From NCBI GenBank assembly GCA_039545335.1, contig BCIN01000002.1, positions 819,118 to 883,117 on the forward strand: 64,000 nucleotides of DNA. The letters are read 5' to 3'. Of this stretch, positions 16,855 through 29,540 are shown one piece after another. The stretch comes from Kondoa subrosea. Its lineage: Eukaryota. The translations under genes were made by a program, and so were the position numbers. The notes beneath the pieces are model-generated. The model saw nothing but the letters and a program-made list of their open reading frames with translations. It did no database searches and was not told the DNA's origin. Position 1 is the stretch's first letter; each line of letters begins with the position of its first letter.

Positions 16855-19017
16855 CTATACAGGCGACACCACTTTAAGTTTTTTGCGATCGTGATCTTGC
16901 GATGACTTCTCTCCAGTCAGACTTGACTTTCCACTATCCGTTGACTCGCTCGACGCCGTTTCCTTAGGGAAGACGATCATATCTGCACACAGATTAGAAA
17001 AGTCAGAGGCATAAAATCACGACTGACCATCCGTATGCTCTGGCACAGCATCGTCTCGATGTAGACCAGCAGGAGGGAAGAGGTAACTCAAGCCAAGATA
17101 GAAGAGCATAGCCAAAGGTAGACCAAAGAAATATGTCTGAGCAGATGGATCACTTTCATCCTCGCTTTTGAGTCCGTACGGGAAGTTAAACACTCACAAG
17201 ATGGAACAATTTGACCCAGACGGATTCGGTTCGAGCATCTCGGACAATAAAGACGAAGCCAGGCAATAAGAATGCAACAGGTACAGCGAAAGCCAGAACT
17301 GCCCTGAAGTTCACTCCTGCCTGTGGAAGGTATCAGCTATATCTCAGCTATCGCTGGGAAATTCCTACAGTGAACCAGTAAATCGAACTGGGACCACCTC
17401 GATAGAGATCGGTCATGACCAATCGTTTTCGTCTTAAAATGAAGAAACTATCCATCTCATCAGCAAGACTTCGAATTGGCTGTGGGAAAGACATACTCCG
17501 CCCACATGATACCAGCGAAAGGAGCATTAAAGACACCGAAAGCTCCGATAACTGCAAGGAAGGTTCCTGCGTCGTTGAGTAGTCGCCAAGGGTTGACACA
17601 CAAGCCCAATGCAGCTAAAAGATAAGCTCCTCGTCGGATGTTGATGTATCTCTGGAAACCGGTTGCTTAATTACGATCCTGCTCAAGTTAGAGCAAGCAC
17701 TAACTGGAGCTAATGCACTCAAGTCCATTCCAGCAGAAACGGAATTCAACACGATACAGATACCAAGCTGACTGCAGGTACAGCCAATACCCGCGAAGAA
17801 AACAGCAGCACGGATTCTAGGAGAATTGTTGTAGTGATCTTGCATTGCTGTTAGAAGATCGAAAGGTCGCCAGATTAGTATGCCAACAATCTTTGAACTG
17901 GCTGATGTAACGATGATACCGATAGAAGCTGTAAGAATGAGAGTCAAAGGTGCGAATACTACTTGACTGAAGGTAGGCGAGTATTTCCTCTTCGAATATC
18001 GAGTCCAGTCTGATTGACCCCTTGTACCAGCTCCCCACTATTACAGCCAATATTGATGAGATAACCAAAGTACGCAATCGAGAGTCAGCTCACCTGACCA
18101 AGCACAGATATAATTGCTAGCATCATTGACCATGAAGGCTGTTCGGCAGTGTTTTGTTTGTCCCATAACGGTCCCGGACCAGCTTGACTTGTCGACCAGA
18201 TAAGTAAACCAAGCATCGTTCCAGCAAAGAAGCAACAGCTGACAATAAAAGGCTTCGAATAATTGTCAGATTGCATTGCATCGGGAAAGAGATGCGCATA
18301 CTGTTTGTAAGCGTTCTGGCGGTAGATACATGATTGCCAGGAAGAAGATGTAGAAGATGAACATGCAGAGAAGGTCTTTAGCCATTAGAGTACCATCGGC
18401 CAGGTCGTCAGTCCAATTATGGAAGCTCAGCTATGCACACTCAAGTTGAGCAAGGTATCAAATCCATCCTGCTTCACTCACACTCATGGCGCCGATTGAC
18501 ACACGAATCGATTGCGCCCCCAGGTAGGCTTGTACACCATCGAAGAAAGCTGAGGTGAAGACTCGCATGATTGTACAGAAATATACACCTCGCATGCCCC
18601 AAGCTGATCTTGAGACGACAATGTATCCAATATGATGCGTCATACCAGGCCATCCAGAGAGAACAGCAAGCATACCGACCATTACAGCTGCAGCGGACAC
18701 GCATCCTAGAGCTTGTCCTGCTGAAAGACCATATGAGAGAAGACTTGACCCAATAATGTACGCTGAAATGCAGCCGCCAGAAATGAACCAGTAGACTGCA
18801 AAGCTCCAGACTTCATACGTTCTTCGAGCAGCAGGAATAGGTATAAGATCTCGATTAGTCCATTGCTAGCGAGCCTAACTTCAGCCAATACACGGGAAGC
18901 TAGTTTCTGCATATGTTGGCATACATTATTGACATAATCGGCATTTTCGTCCACAGGGCATTGTAATTTGTGCAGCAATCGCTTGAAAGCGCTCTGGTCT
19001 GCTTGTCCCTGCGTCAT
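16855..19017 (-). CDS. NCS1-family nucleobase/allantoin/vitamin:cation symporter, multi-exon
   Basis: RDLIPIP, HIGYIVVSRSAWGMRG, IVTSASSKIVGILIWRPFDLL, NSVSAGMDLSALAP, YWFTAGVNFRA. Start codon uncertain. Confidence 0.9.
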
Positions 19018-19391
19018 CACCTGGAACTCATTTTCAATCTTCTGTCCTTCTTTCAGAGAAGCGAAATGTGTGATGCAAGATGTCTGGAGCCAATGGTACT
19101 TCGCAGATCAAAAGAAGACAGGCAAAGAACAGCTCGAAGGCGCCAAGCCGTGGTGAGAGAAAAAGTGCAATAGTTTTTTTTGCTCGAATTCGTAATGATG
19201 TATAGTGGGGGTGCAGAAGATACGTGCTCCCACGAGCTTAATTTGGTGAAATATTGATTAGGTAAGCGGGACATGAATGCATGAATTCGATCCGAGCGTG
19301 TCTTTCGAAACATCCACGTTCTCAAGATTCAGTCTCTGCGTGTATAGGCCGTCCTTGCTAGAGTAGCCACTGCCTTGATCATTAGTAAACG

Positions 19392-20918
19392 ATGCTGTCG
19401 GAGGAAAACTTGGCAAGCGCAGGTCAAGGCGAAATTCCAGCTATATCTACACCTCCTCCGGAAATCATAGCTGCTATTCTGGACTGTCTGCTTGCTGATG
19501 AAGCCATTCCGGATCTCTGTCGGGTAGCTAGATGCTCCAGTGAGTTATTCTTTTGTCTGTCCCAACAGAGGTCTAACAGCTTCGCGCAGGGGCCTTGCAT
19601 CAGTTTGCAACGCCATTGCTGTATCGTAGCATTCGTTTGGAAGAATCAAGCGTCGACAATATTGAGCAAGCATTCAACTCTCGGAAAGAGCTTGGGTTGC
19701 TCGTTCGAAGCGTGGACTGGGATATTGAAGTTGACTGCTTATGGTCAGTAGCTCTACCACCTGGCGGACGGATATCGTATGAGCACTGACAGCCACCAAC
19801 AATCCAGGTTGCCTGATGAAGACACTTGGTCATATGATCCAAAACAGTATAGCGAAGACACAGCTCAAGCGCTACATGTTCTTCAATTCTGTCAGGCTCT
19901 CGATCATCTGCATATATATATATCAACAAATTCAGAGACCGACCATGGTAACACAGCAGCTCAAGGTCTGCGGACTGATATTCCTCTTCCACGTCAAGAA
20001 ATTCAGCAACTACCCTTCTTCCATACCCTCAGGTCGCTTGCCTTCTCGGCGCAAGAGATGACACTTCGATTCGATAGCTTCGCATTCCTAGATATCTTCA
20101 GCGATGCAGCAAGCTTGAAGAAGCTTTCAATCATACATTTTCCCGACATGGCGAGAATAGCTCAAGCTACCAACATGACATGGACGAATTTGACAGAGCT
20201 CTCCTTCTCAGCCAGAAACACAACTCATGAGGATAACCACGACATCGCAAAATTTGTAGCTCGCTTTCCAAACATCACTCATTTCGATATGGATTTTGAA
20301 TCCTTTTTCGACGACATTGCCTATCGTTCCTTCAGTGAACTATGCACCATCATCTTTAGCAATACTCCAAGGCCTGCAATCAGGTATATAGTTATCAATG
20401 GCCTCAGACCAAGCGGGCATTTTCAATCTTCTTTGGGGACCTTCTTTCCTGGTTGTCAATATCTTGATATCACTCTTATGCAAATACCCTTTGAATCTTG
20501 GGTGAAACATCGGGTAACTCTGGATTTCCTCTTTCCGATCAATCCTCCTGCTTGCTCATTGAGAGACTTGACTATCAGGACCGAAATTCCACATTCTGTT
20601 CTCCAAACCTTCCTCAAGTCTCTTTGTACGAAGCATTGTCCGTCTCTCGAACGTCTTACAGTCAGGTCTGCCCTTCGCAAACCCGAACGAGTAGATGTGG
20701 ATGCGGAACGAGAGCAAATTTGCTTGGAAGTAATAGAAGCCATCAAATCAATGGGTGAGAAGCTTCCAGCGGTCGACATTCAGCTGGAATTTGAACTCGA
20801 TAAATCTGGACAAAACGACTTGAGATCGGTGAGATGGGCTCAAGGGGAAGTATTCGTTGAGCGGAAAATCTATATACGAAATAGGAAGAGCGATGTGAGC
20901 GAATCCCTGGGCGATTGA
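19392..20918 (+). CDS. F-box-like/LRR(RNI)-like protein, apparently intact, 2 introns
   Basis: PPEIIAAILDCL...LCRVARCSRALHQFATPLLYRSIRL, followed by LxxLxL-type repeats (TLRSLAF, SLKKLSI, NLTELSF, SLRDLTI, PSLERLTV). Confidence 0.75.
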
Positions 20919-21207
20919 TATTTGGAACATCCAGTAGGAACGGAGCATATGTGGTCGAACCAGGATATTGAGTGTGCATGACTGTAATCGCTCTTCGGAT
21001 CAGGTTCAGATGTACATTGACCAGGATTTCTGCTTTGCTATAGCCTGCATGAGTCGACGACGCGACTCTTTCATCAGCTCCAACTTTGAAAAAGAAAACA
21101 GTAAATGTCCAAGGTCCTTCTAAACCACCTTTTGACGCGCTACCACTCTTTTACACGCGCAGAAGGCTCTCATACAGCTACACAGTGCTTCCTGGACACT
21201 CGCAACC

Positions 21208-24200
21208 ATGCCTGCTTGCGTTGAAGTCGATACAAACGATTCTCAATTTTCTACACTCTATCCACACATCAGCGGTCTAGTAGCCCTTTCCTACTCCCCT
21301 GATGGGCGGTAAGTCGCTTTCGAGTTGCCCCACGCTTATTTCTGACGCGTTTGTCCTTCTAGCACTCTCTTCACCGGTGGATCTGATTCTTTCATTCGAG
21401 CGCACAATGTCGACAATCCAGCCGAAGATTCTACCTTGATCGAATACTTTGAAGGAGATGTGACTTCTCTAGATTGTTCTTTCGACTCTCTCGTAGCTTG
21501 CGATACAGAGGGTCAAACTGCGTTGTTTGGTTTGGAAGATCAGCACGCTTTCAAGGCTCTTCTGACAAGAGCAGATCCTGGTTCTGCAGCGAGATGTGTG
21601 AGATTTGGTGTAGGAGGAAGGAAGATTGCTGTTGCGACAGATGAACTGACTGTCAAAGTCATTGATGTTCGAACACCTACCGAGAACATTCAGCTACTCG
21701 AAGGTCATACCAAAGCCGTAAAAGCCGTGAGCTGGAACCCGGATGGTTCTCTTCTCACCACGAGTTCTTGCGACGGATCACTTCGCGTTTGGGATATGGC
21801 TTCGTCGCAAACAGATGTCCCTTGCATCAAAGTACTTGATGGTCTTTTCCCTTCGTCGCAACCAAGGTCAGTAGTTGTTAAATGAAAGAGATCTACCTGA
21901 ACAGTAAAATAGCGCAATGCTTCCATATTGTGAAGCACATTGGCATCCAAACGGGAAACATTTCGCTGTCGCTACTTCTTCTCATCGTAAGCAGCTACAG
22001 ACAGAAGTGGCCGTATGTACTCATGAAATAACAGAAATCGCCTTGTACGCTAAGGACTCTTGCACTCGCTCTTCTGCCTTCACTCAAGATGGTCACAACT
22101 CTGTGCGTGTCTCTTCGCAGAATCGGATTCCAGATGACTTATTTGCTACATTTAGGATATCTCTGCCCTTGCTTGGTCACCGAATGGACATTATCTCGCT
22201 TCAGCGGGGACAAACAACACAGTTTTGATATGGGATATGGCTACAATGTCTCCAATCTACCGGACCAAACTCTCTTCCATGTCTGAAGAACCTTCTACTA
22301 TCACCGCTTTAGCATGGAGAACTGCAGATGGCAATTCTCTAAGCATAGCAGATTCAAGCGGAAGAGTAACTCGATGGGATAATGCCATTCCATCCGATTC
22401 TGGTCGACCTCATCCAAGTGAAGGCACTTTATACGGTGTTGCTCGACCGGCAGGTCAACAGCAAGCTCCTAGACCTCAACCTAGAGTCGAGAAAGAAGTT
22501 GCAAAGGGCAAAGGAAAAGCAATAGCCGAAATAGATATTTTCGGTCAAGAGGACGAAGATGATGATGGTTGGATCGATGATGATATGAATGGAGCGTACA
22601 AAGATGGACCTGCTGGCGGACTTGAAGCACCCGAAGCTGAAGAAGAAGGAGACGATGAATTACCTCCGCCATTATTTGGAAACGATGTGCGATCAAAAGG
22701 TTTGGCTTCGTTAAATGTCGCTAGTCATGGTAAGTCAGATCTGTTGATATTGACGACTATGCTGACTGTCAGTAGCTATTGCCGGTCAACCTGCATTTCA
22801 ACCTGGATCTACGCCGTTCAAGGATAAGCGAAGATATCTAGGTTAGATCTTTCATCCCGGTACAAACGCTTACTGATGGACTTGCAGCCTTCAATGATAT
22901 CGGCGTAATTCACATTGTGGACCGAGACTCGCACAACCTTGTGTCTGTGGAATTTCACGATAGATCAGCGCATCAAGGCTATGGTTTCGATGACAATTTC
23001 AAGTTCGAAATGGCCTGTTTGGGTAAGTCGTGGTACAGTTGACAATTATATCACGACTGACGAGCTTTCTAAGGCGAACGAGGCGTACTTTATGCCTGCC
23101 CTGCTCGAGGCGATTTGGCTTCAGTCATCAACTACCGTCCATACAATACTTGGGCTCAAGCAGCAGATTGGCAGCATGAACTTCCAGCAGGCGAATCTGT
23201 TACTGCAATCGGTTTAGGCGGTGTTTCTGCTTTCGATAGCGAAGATCTGTCTCCTGCTCTCGGAACAGGCTGCATTGTAGCAGCTACTTCTGCAGGCTAC
23301 CTTCGCTTCTTCGGAGGCAGCGGTCTACAAACTCATCTCATCGATCTAGGTGAAGAAGTAGTGAGTTTGGCGGTTGGAAAAGAATGGGTCTTTGTGGTGC
23401 ATCGTGCTTCCGCTTCTACTTCGGATGGTCAGTTCAATGCATTGACTGCCTCTTACTAGTCTAACATCCGTATCAGGTCGTCAAAACTTAAGCTATACCA
23501 TCATTGATGCGGACACATTCGAATTTGTTCAGCATGGCCAACTGCCGCTTATGAAGAGGATTACCTTAACATGGATTGGTTTCACCAGCGATGAGGTACA
23601 TCGATTCTGTTTGTCTGTTTCAGCTGCTAACCCGGCTATCTAGATTCCTGCTCTCTACAAGTCTAACGGCGTTCTATCATTACTTTCGAGAGCACGTAGA
23701 CCAGGCCAAGCTCGTTGGGTCGCCGCACTAGACTGCAATACATTAGCAAGAAGGGAAGGCAAACAAGAGTCTTATTGGCCCGTTGGAGTATCTTCAAAAG
23801 AGATGAATTGCGTTATCTTGAAGGTCAGCGATTTGCTCTTGTTGCGGTCATTGCTCATGATACGTTGACAGGGCGAGGAGAAACATCCTTTCTTCCCTAC
23901 TCCCTTACTTCAGGAATTGCCTCTTCAATTGCCAACGCTCAATCTGGAAGGCCAGCAAGGAACACTTGAAGAGAGGTAAGCTGTACTCTCTAGTCTCTAT
24001 GAACTGCGCTCAAAAATCTGAGGATAGCTACCTTCGCGACTCGCTTGTCTCTGGTCATATCAAAGACGGATCTCACCCAGATGATTATTCTGCTCAGACA
24101 AGAATAACTAAAGCTAGTCTGGACATGGATAAGCAACTCCTCATTCTCACTCAAACAGCATGCAAAGCAGAGAAATTGGAACAAGCACTCGAAGCTGCTC

Positions 24201-25276
24201 GTTTAATGAGCCAACCCCAATCCCTCGATGCGGCTATCAAATTAGCAGCCTTCTTCCATTTGCCAGGTCTACAGGAGCGGATAGGTCTCATCAAAGAAGC
24301 TCGAACTGGCGAAACTGCTGTCGATCGAGAGCGAAGAGAGAGCAAATGGGGCCATTTGGTCGATAACCGTACAATTGTCGATTCCAGCTTACAAGTACAA
24401 GATTACACTTCGAATCCTAGAAGGAATGGTGCTTCTACTTCTGCTTCGCTCAGCAAACCGCTTGAATCTGGTTTCCAGAAACGAAGTCTCGGTGATGGCT
24501 CAGCACTTGGGTCGCGACCTACAGTAGCTGCTACCAAGTTATCAAAACGCACTGATTCTGGTCATGGCTCTTCGGAACATGATGTTGACTATGAAGCACC
24601 TTCAGCCATACAAGAAGACGAGTCAATGCAGGACTTGGAAGGAGAGCTTGAAGAAGAGACGCAAGAAGACAATGTCCTTTTCAAGCAGAACGATATGCCA
24701 GCACCGCCTGTAGCCAGACCCAAAGCACATAATCCTTTCGCAAAAACTGCTTTAGCTGTTTCAACACCTCCAACAAGTAGCAACCCTTTTGCCCGCAAAG
24801 GTACAGCTAGTGGGAAAGCAGCGGACTTGAAACGGTCTGAAAGTTTCTTCAATCGAGTAGAAGGGACCGCTTCAACTTCAAAAGAGAAGGGTGAGTCAAT
24901 TGTAACTTTGCTTGACAATCTTCTGATTGATTGACCAGGCAAAGGGAAGAAGGCAGCTGGCAAAGATGGTCCTCGTCAATCTACTCTGTTCGGTCTTCCA
25001 CCTCCAGCAGAAGACAAGGAAAAGAAAGCTACGAAAGGCAAGAAACGAAAGTCAGCAGCTGGCGAACCGGCAGTTGAAGAGACTCAAGACACGCAGAAAA
25101 GTCTAGCATCTTTCCTAGGCAAAGAGAAAGCTCCTCTTGAGGATGAGAGTCAAGAGGAAACGCAACCTGCCGAAGAAGAAGAAGAGCAAAGCAGTAAAAG
25201 GCAGCGGATAGCAACTCCCGAAGAAACTCAGGAAGAGATTGCTGAGACGCCTATGGAAGTAGTCGCCGAGGCTTAA
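21208..25276 (+). CDS. CTF4: Replisome hub Ctf4/Mcl1/SepB (AND-1): WD40 plus SepB domain
   Basis: N-terminal WD40 repeats (GHTKAVKAVSWNPDGSLLTTSSCDGSLRVWD), QPAFQPGSTP, VEFHD, ATSAGYLRFF, YWPVGV and a helical region LDKQLL...ACK; stop TAA 25274-25276. Confidence 0.92.
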
Positions 25277-25397
25277 AGATGGGACCTATGGTGTATCATT
25301 CAGTTTCGTTTCAGTTGTACAATGCATGCCGCTTCCTGTATATCGCATCTGTTGTTTTCAACCTCGACTTGTTGCAGAGCAGGGCATCGGGACTGCA

Positions 25398-26774
25398 ATG
25401 ACTTCCGACTCAGCGCGCTTGCCCTTGGAAATCGAGTACATTACGTATATCTTAGTCACGCATGCAAAGAAACAATTAGGCCCCCATCATGGAAATGTGC
25501 ATCTTGGCCTGCTCAGAGAACAATAACCAATCTCCAGCTATTGCCAGAAACGATGTTTTTCCTGATGCTGATCGCTACTGGGGCACAACACTCAATTATC
25601 ATTCTCATCCTTGCTTTCATCTGCCTCACATCAGCAAGAGTCTGCGTCAAGCTGGAGAAAGAGCCCTCTATGCTACAGTGAGAATCAAGGCGGATGGTCT
25701 CGCAAAGTTGTTAGCTAGTCTGATGGCGCGGCCGAGTTTGTGTGAGTATGTGAAGTGCATCGATGTGAGTTCAACTTTCGATCGATAGAGATCATCTGAC
25801 CGACAAACGAATCAAGCTGGGCAAAGGTTACGGAACGGAAAGAGGAGACCTGGAAGGTATTGACGCGGCGTCAATACAGCAGCTGTAAGCGGGGCCTGAT
25901 TGTCGCAGAGGAAGTCAATACTGACTTTTAGTGTAGACTCAATCTATGTGTCAATTTGAAAGGCTTGAAGACCGCTAATCTGCCAGAAGCGGTCATGCTC
26001 GATTTTGGCACCCAATTGAGTCATTTGGACGATCGCAATTCTCTCTCCTACCTGGCCCTTTCCCACAATCATGGCGATTTCTTGCCGACTGTATCTCGAA
26101 CTCCTCAACGCTTCAGTGGTCTGAAGAGAATGTGGCTAGATGGGCTACAATTACGTTCAACAGATCTCCTACCATACATAGGACCTAATCTGACGCAACT
26201 CAGTCCGAGCTATCTCAAGCATAACGACCAGGCAATTACTATGCAAGAAGCTGAAGTTCTTGCATCAAGATGTCCTAATTTAGTGGAACTTCGATATATT
26301 CAGCTCGAACTAACGGCTAGAAGAAGACCCTCAGAAGAGCTCGCATGCAATCTGATCAATGCCTTCAGTCCACAATTACGCACTTTGCACCTTGACGGAG
26401 CTGCAGAAGTCAATTGCAAATGGAACCGGTACTCTGAACTATCATTTCATTTGCGTTCAGCCATCGGGAACTGCAGCGTCTTGAAGTCTCTTTATCTGCG
26501 TCGTCTAAAGTTCAGAGATTACGATTATCTGGGTGACACGATTCAGCATACACTGGAGTCCCTCACTGTCATTCAATGTTACGTGGCTCATTCGATCCAA
26601 TCCCCCAAAAGGCGCAACAGTCTAGTTTTGACCCCAATAAAGGCAATTGAACACCCTGCATGCCAAAAGTTAACGCAGAAATGGCTCCTTTATACAAATC
26701 AAATGAAAGATAGCCAACACCATTACGACTCGGAAATTTTTCAGGATGAAGCTTTTTCGGGCGGCGAAGATTGA
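25398..26774 (+). CDS. F-box/LRR-like protein, paralog of the 13.4-14.9 kb pseudogene; first-exon structure unresolved
   Basis: RLPLEI...RALYATVRI...YVKCID|intron|68-nt exon|intron|LCVNLKGL...LKRMWL...CPNLVEL...LRTLHLDG...AIGNCSVLKSLYLRR...QCY...HP...KWLLY. Confidence 0.7.
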
Positions 26775-27172
26775 TGAGTGTCGAAAGCGCAATTCTATTG
26801 GTCAAGTGTGAGAGCGCTAGGTTAATGCCTTTGCCTTTCTATACAAGTGACTACTCAATTTAGTAGCTAGGTCGGCAGGCTCTGATGCAATCAGTCAATC
26901 AGGGCACCGTTATACAAAATTCTTCCCAGTGCTATGCCAAATATGTAGGCTTGGTAATGGTCAGGTGATATTGCATAGAGCACATCAAGTGATGCTGAAA
27001 CTCAGTCACAATGGATGCGTCAGATTTCTGGCTAATGTACATTTTCTCTTTTCTTCCTCTACCTGAATTCTACTACTCATGTCTCGCTTCTTTTACCTCA
27101 CGTTGCTGCTTCACTCTTTTCGCTAACCACACATCACTCATTAGTGTTCAACCTTGACTGAATTTCAAAACC

Positions 27173-28437
27173 TTACTCTTCCAAAGGATCGCCAGGTCCA
27201 GCTCCATGAGCTTCCAGCAATTTATCCAGATCCAGTTCTGTGCTCTTCATAGGTTTGATGTGCAACACCCTTTCTAACAGCAATTCGGTGGCTTTCCTTT
27301 CCTCTAATGATGTGCATCCGTGACAATCGTACGGTGCTACAACGCTGATGTCTGTCCGAGCAAGTCAGCTGCAGAATTCATATGAATTGCTTCGAGACGA
27401 ACCGTTCATGTATGCATCTATTCTTGCGATCAGCTGAAGATACACGGTAAGGCAAAAGAAGAAACTCACCATTCGCTGAAAAGAGAACACAAACGTTCCC
27501 TGCGAAGCCGCCTAGGATCAAAGTACGTACTCCCAAGTGTTGCAAAAGTGTGACGAGTGAAGAACCGTAGAAAGCAGAATGTTTGGGTTTGATAAGTTGA
27601 TAATCTGTCAGTCATTTCTTCATTGCATTAACAGACCAAATCTGTGTACGCAAGATGAAGAACTGACCTTTCTCGTTCGGCCCTAAATGATCGCAGAGTT
27701 CTTTTCCAATCCCGCCAGCTTTCCTGACCGTCCTACATGAAACATTCAATATTAGCACATCATCTGACCTTCCACAAGAGTGACTGACTCTCTAATAGCT
27801 GTGAAATCAGATTTCCACTTTCCGAAATTATCCTGGGCGAAAATCTTAATTCGTTCTGTGATCAGCTTTCTCGTTCTTTGTACAGCACAGCTGGGAAAGC
27901 GCACGACCGGAATGTTCTTCTCGTGACATCTCTTTCTTAGAGCTGCTAAAGCAGGTCCAACAGATTTGGCTTCCTCCATCTGATGCATCGCGCGCGGGGT
28001 AAGGATTACGTAATCCACTTCAGGGAAGATATTGAAGAACGAACAATGTATTCATTACCTATCCCAACATGTCAGCTATTGTATGCTAGGACGAATGAGA
28101 TGACTAACCAGGGAAATCGAGCGTGTTGACTTTTGAAAGAAAACGCGTCAGGATCTGAAGGATCGACATAACAAAAAGGGAAGTGAGGAGCACTTACTGA
28201 CATCTACTAGTAATAGTGCAGTAGAGCATCGATCATCTTGTGAAGCTATGTTGCTCTGAGCCTAATACGGATGACACAGATCAAGAAAGTCCGATGCAAA
28301 CTTGAGATCTCAAGATCTGAACTCACCTCTTTCTTGTGCTTCCTGCTCGCAGTGAAGGCTGGACCAGAGAAAGATCGATGCTTGAACACTACGCTCGGTG
28401 CTGGAACTAGTCGAGGAAGTAGACGCACGTAAATCAT
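27173..28437 (-). CDS. Isochorismatase-family cysteine hydrolase (YaaI-like), about 9 introns, putative mitochondrial presequence
   Basis: Spliced: TALLLVDVINTLDFPG...IPVIFAQDNFGKWKSDF...LIKPKHSAFYG...LGVRTLILGGFAGNVCVLFSANDAYM...VVAPYDC; the Asp-Lys-Cys triad is intact. Confidence 0.9.
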
Positions 28438-28682
28438 TGAAAGGCATTTCCCAAATCGTTTGAGGTCAACCAAGGATCTAAAGTGCAGCGATGCGACTGA
28501 TGACGATGTAGCGATGCAAAGTACATTATAACAATCCCCGATCTTGTTCTACTCTGTGTAGAACAATATAAAGTAAGAATACCATGTTTCTCGTAAAACC
28601 GGATTCTACTCGATCGGATAAAAACTTTGAATCGAATGATCTTCCCCAACTTTCCCTAGTCATTTCTCTTCGACCTCAAAGT

Positions 28683-29540
28683 TCATCTTCTTATGATCTT
28701 GACTTTCGGTTTCTTCTTTTTACTTGAATTCGAACCAGTTTTCTCTGTCGTCGCAGCAGATTCGATTTGTGGAGTAGGGGTAGAAGAAGAAGAAGCAGGT
28801 AAACCTGGAGGAGTAGGTATAAGGGAAGGATCATCCACTGCGGATTGTAAGACTCCATGAGAGATCGCTGGAGAATTCGGTGGTAATCTTTCAATGATAT
28901 TTGCAGAGTTTGGTGTTTTCGGATGCAGTTTAGCTATTTCTTTCAATAGTACTGAGCCTGTACATCAGTTACCTTCTTCAGCATAGGTATTAATGCAAAA
29001 GAAGCGATCTGACGCACGATTTGGAATCCGAGCATTGATTGATTTGCCTTTTGAGTTCTTGAGCAACACTCGAATTCTACCGGGGTTCTCCCAATCAGCA
29101 GGATGTCTTTTAGTATTCTAATTCCTCTCTTTCCCCTTAAGCTCTATACTTCTTGCATGGACACACAGAAAGCGCTTACCTCCAAAGTCACTTTAAACCC
29201 TAGTTGACCTGCAGCTAGAGCCATATATCGAGCTAAAGGCCATTCAACGCTATCCTTTTTCGAAACTCTTCGTTCACCAGTCTTCTTTGCTCGTTTAGCA
29301 TCCAAATAAATAGGGTAGAGTATAGTCCAGCTGTTCGCAATCCAGAGCTGCTTAAGGGGTCGAACCTCTTTATGAAGGGAAGGAATGGACGAACCGTTTA
29401 GTATCATCTAAGCTGGTGACCATTGGTGCAGACCTGAAAGCGCTTGAACTGGATTTAGGTGCTTTCGTAGGCGTCGGAGCAGGTGGTAAAGTAGGTAAAT
29501 CAAAGTCCATGTCATCGATATCATCATCTATACGTCCCAT
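28683..29540 (-). CDS. SEC65: Signal recognition particle subunit SRP19/Sec65
   Basis: DDIDDMDFDLP, WTILYPIYLDAKR...GERRVSK, KRHPADWENPGRIRVLLK, basic tail KKPKVKIIRR*. Confidence 0.92.

Noticed and set aside
20985..21012. TPP-riboswitch-like gaacctgatcc on the minus strand
   Set aside because: No upstream CUGAGA element or P5 stem, and it is not within a thiamine-related transcript.
26929..26984. Short imperfect inverted repeat (gtgctatgc...gcatagagcac), a possible ncRNA hairpin
   Set aside because: Too short to exceed chance, and there is no second hairpin or ACA box arrangement.
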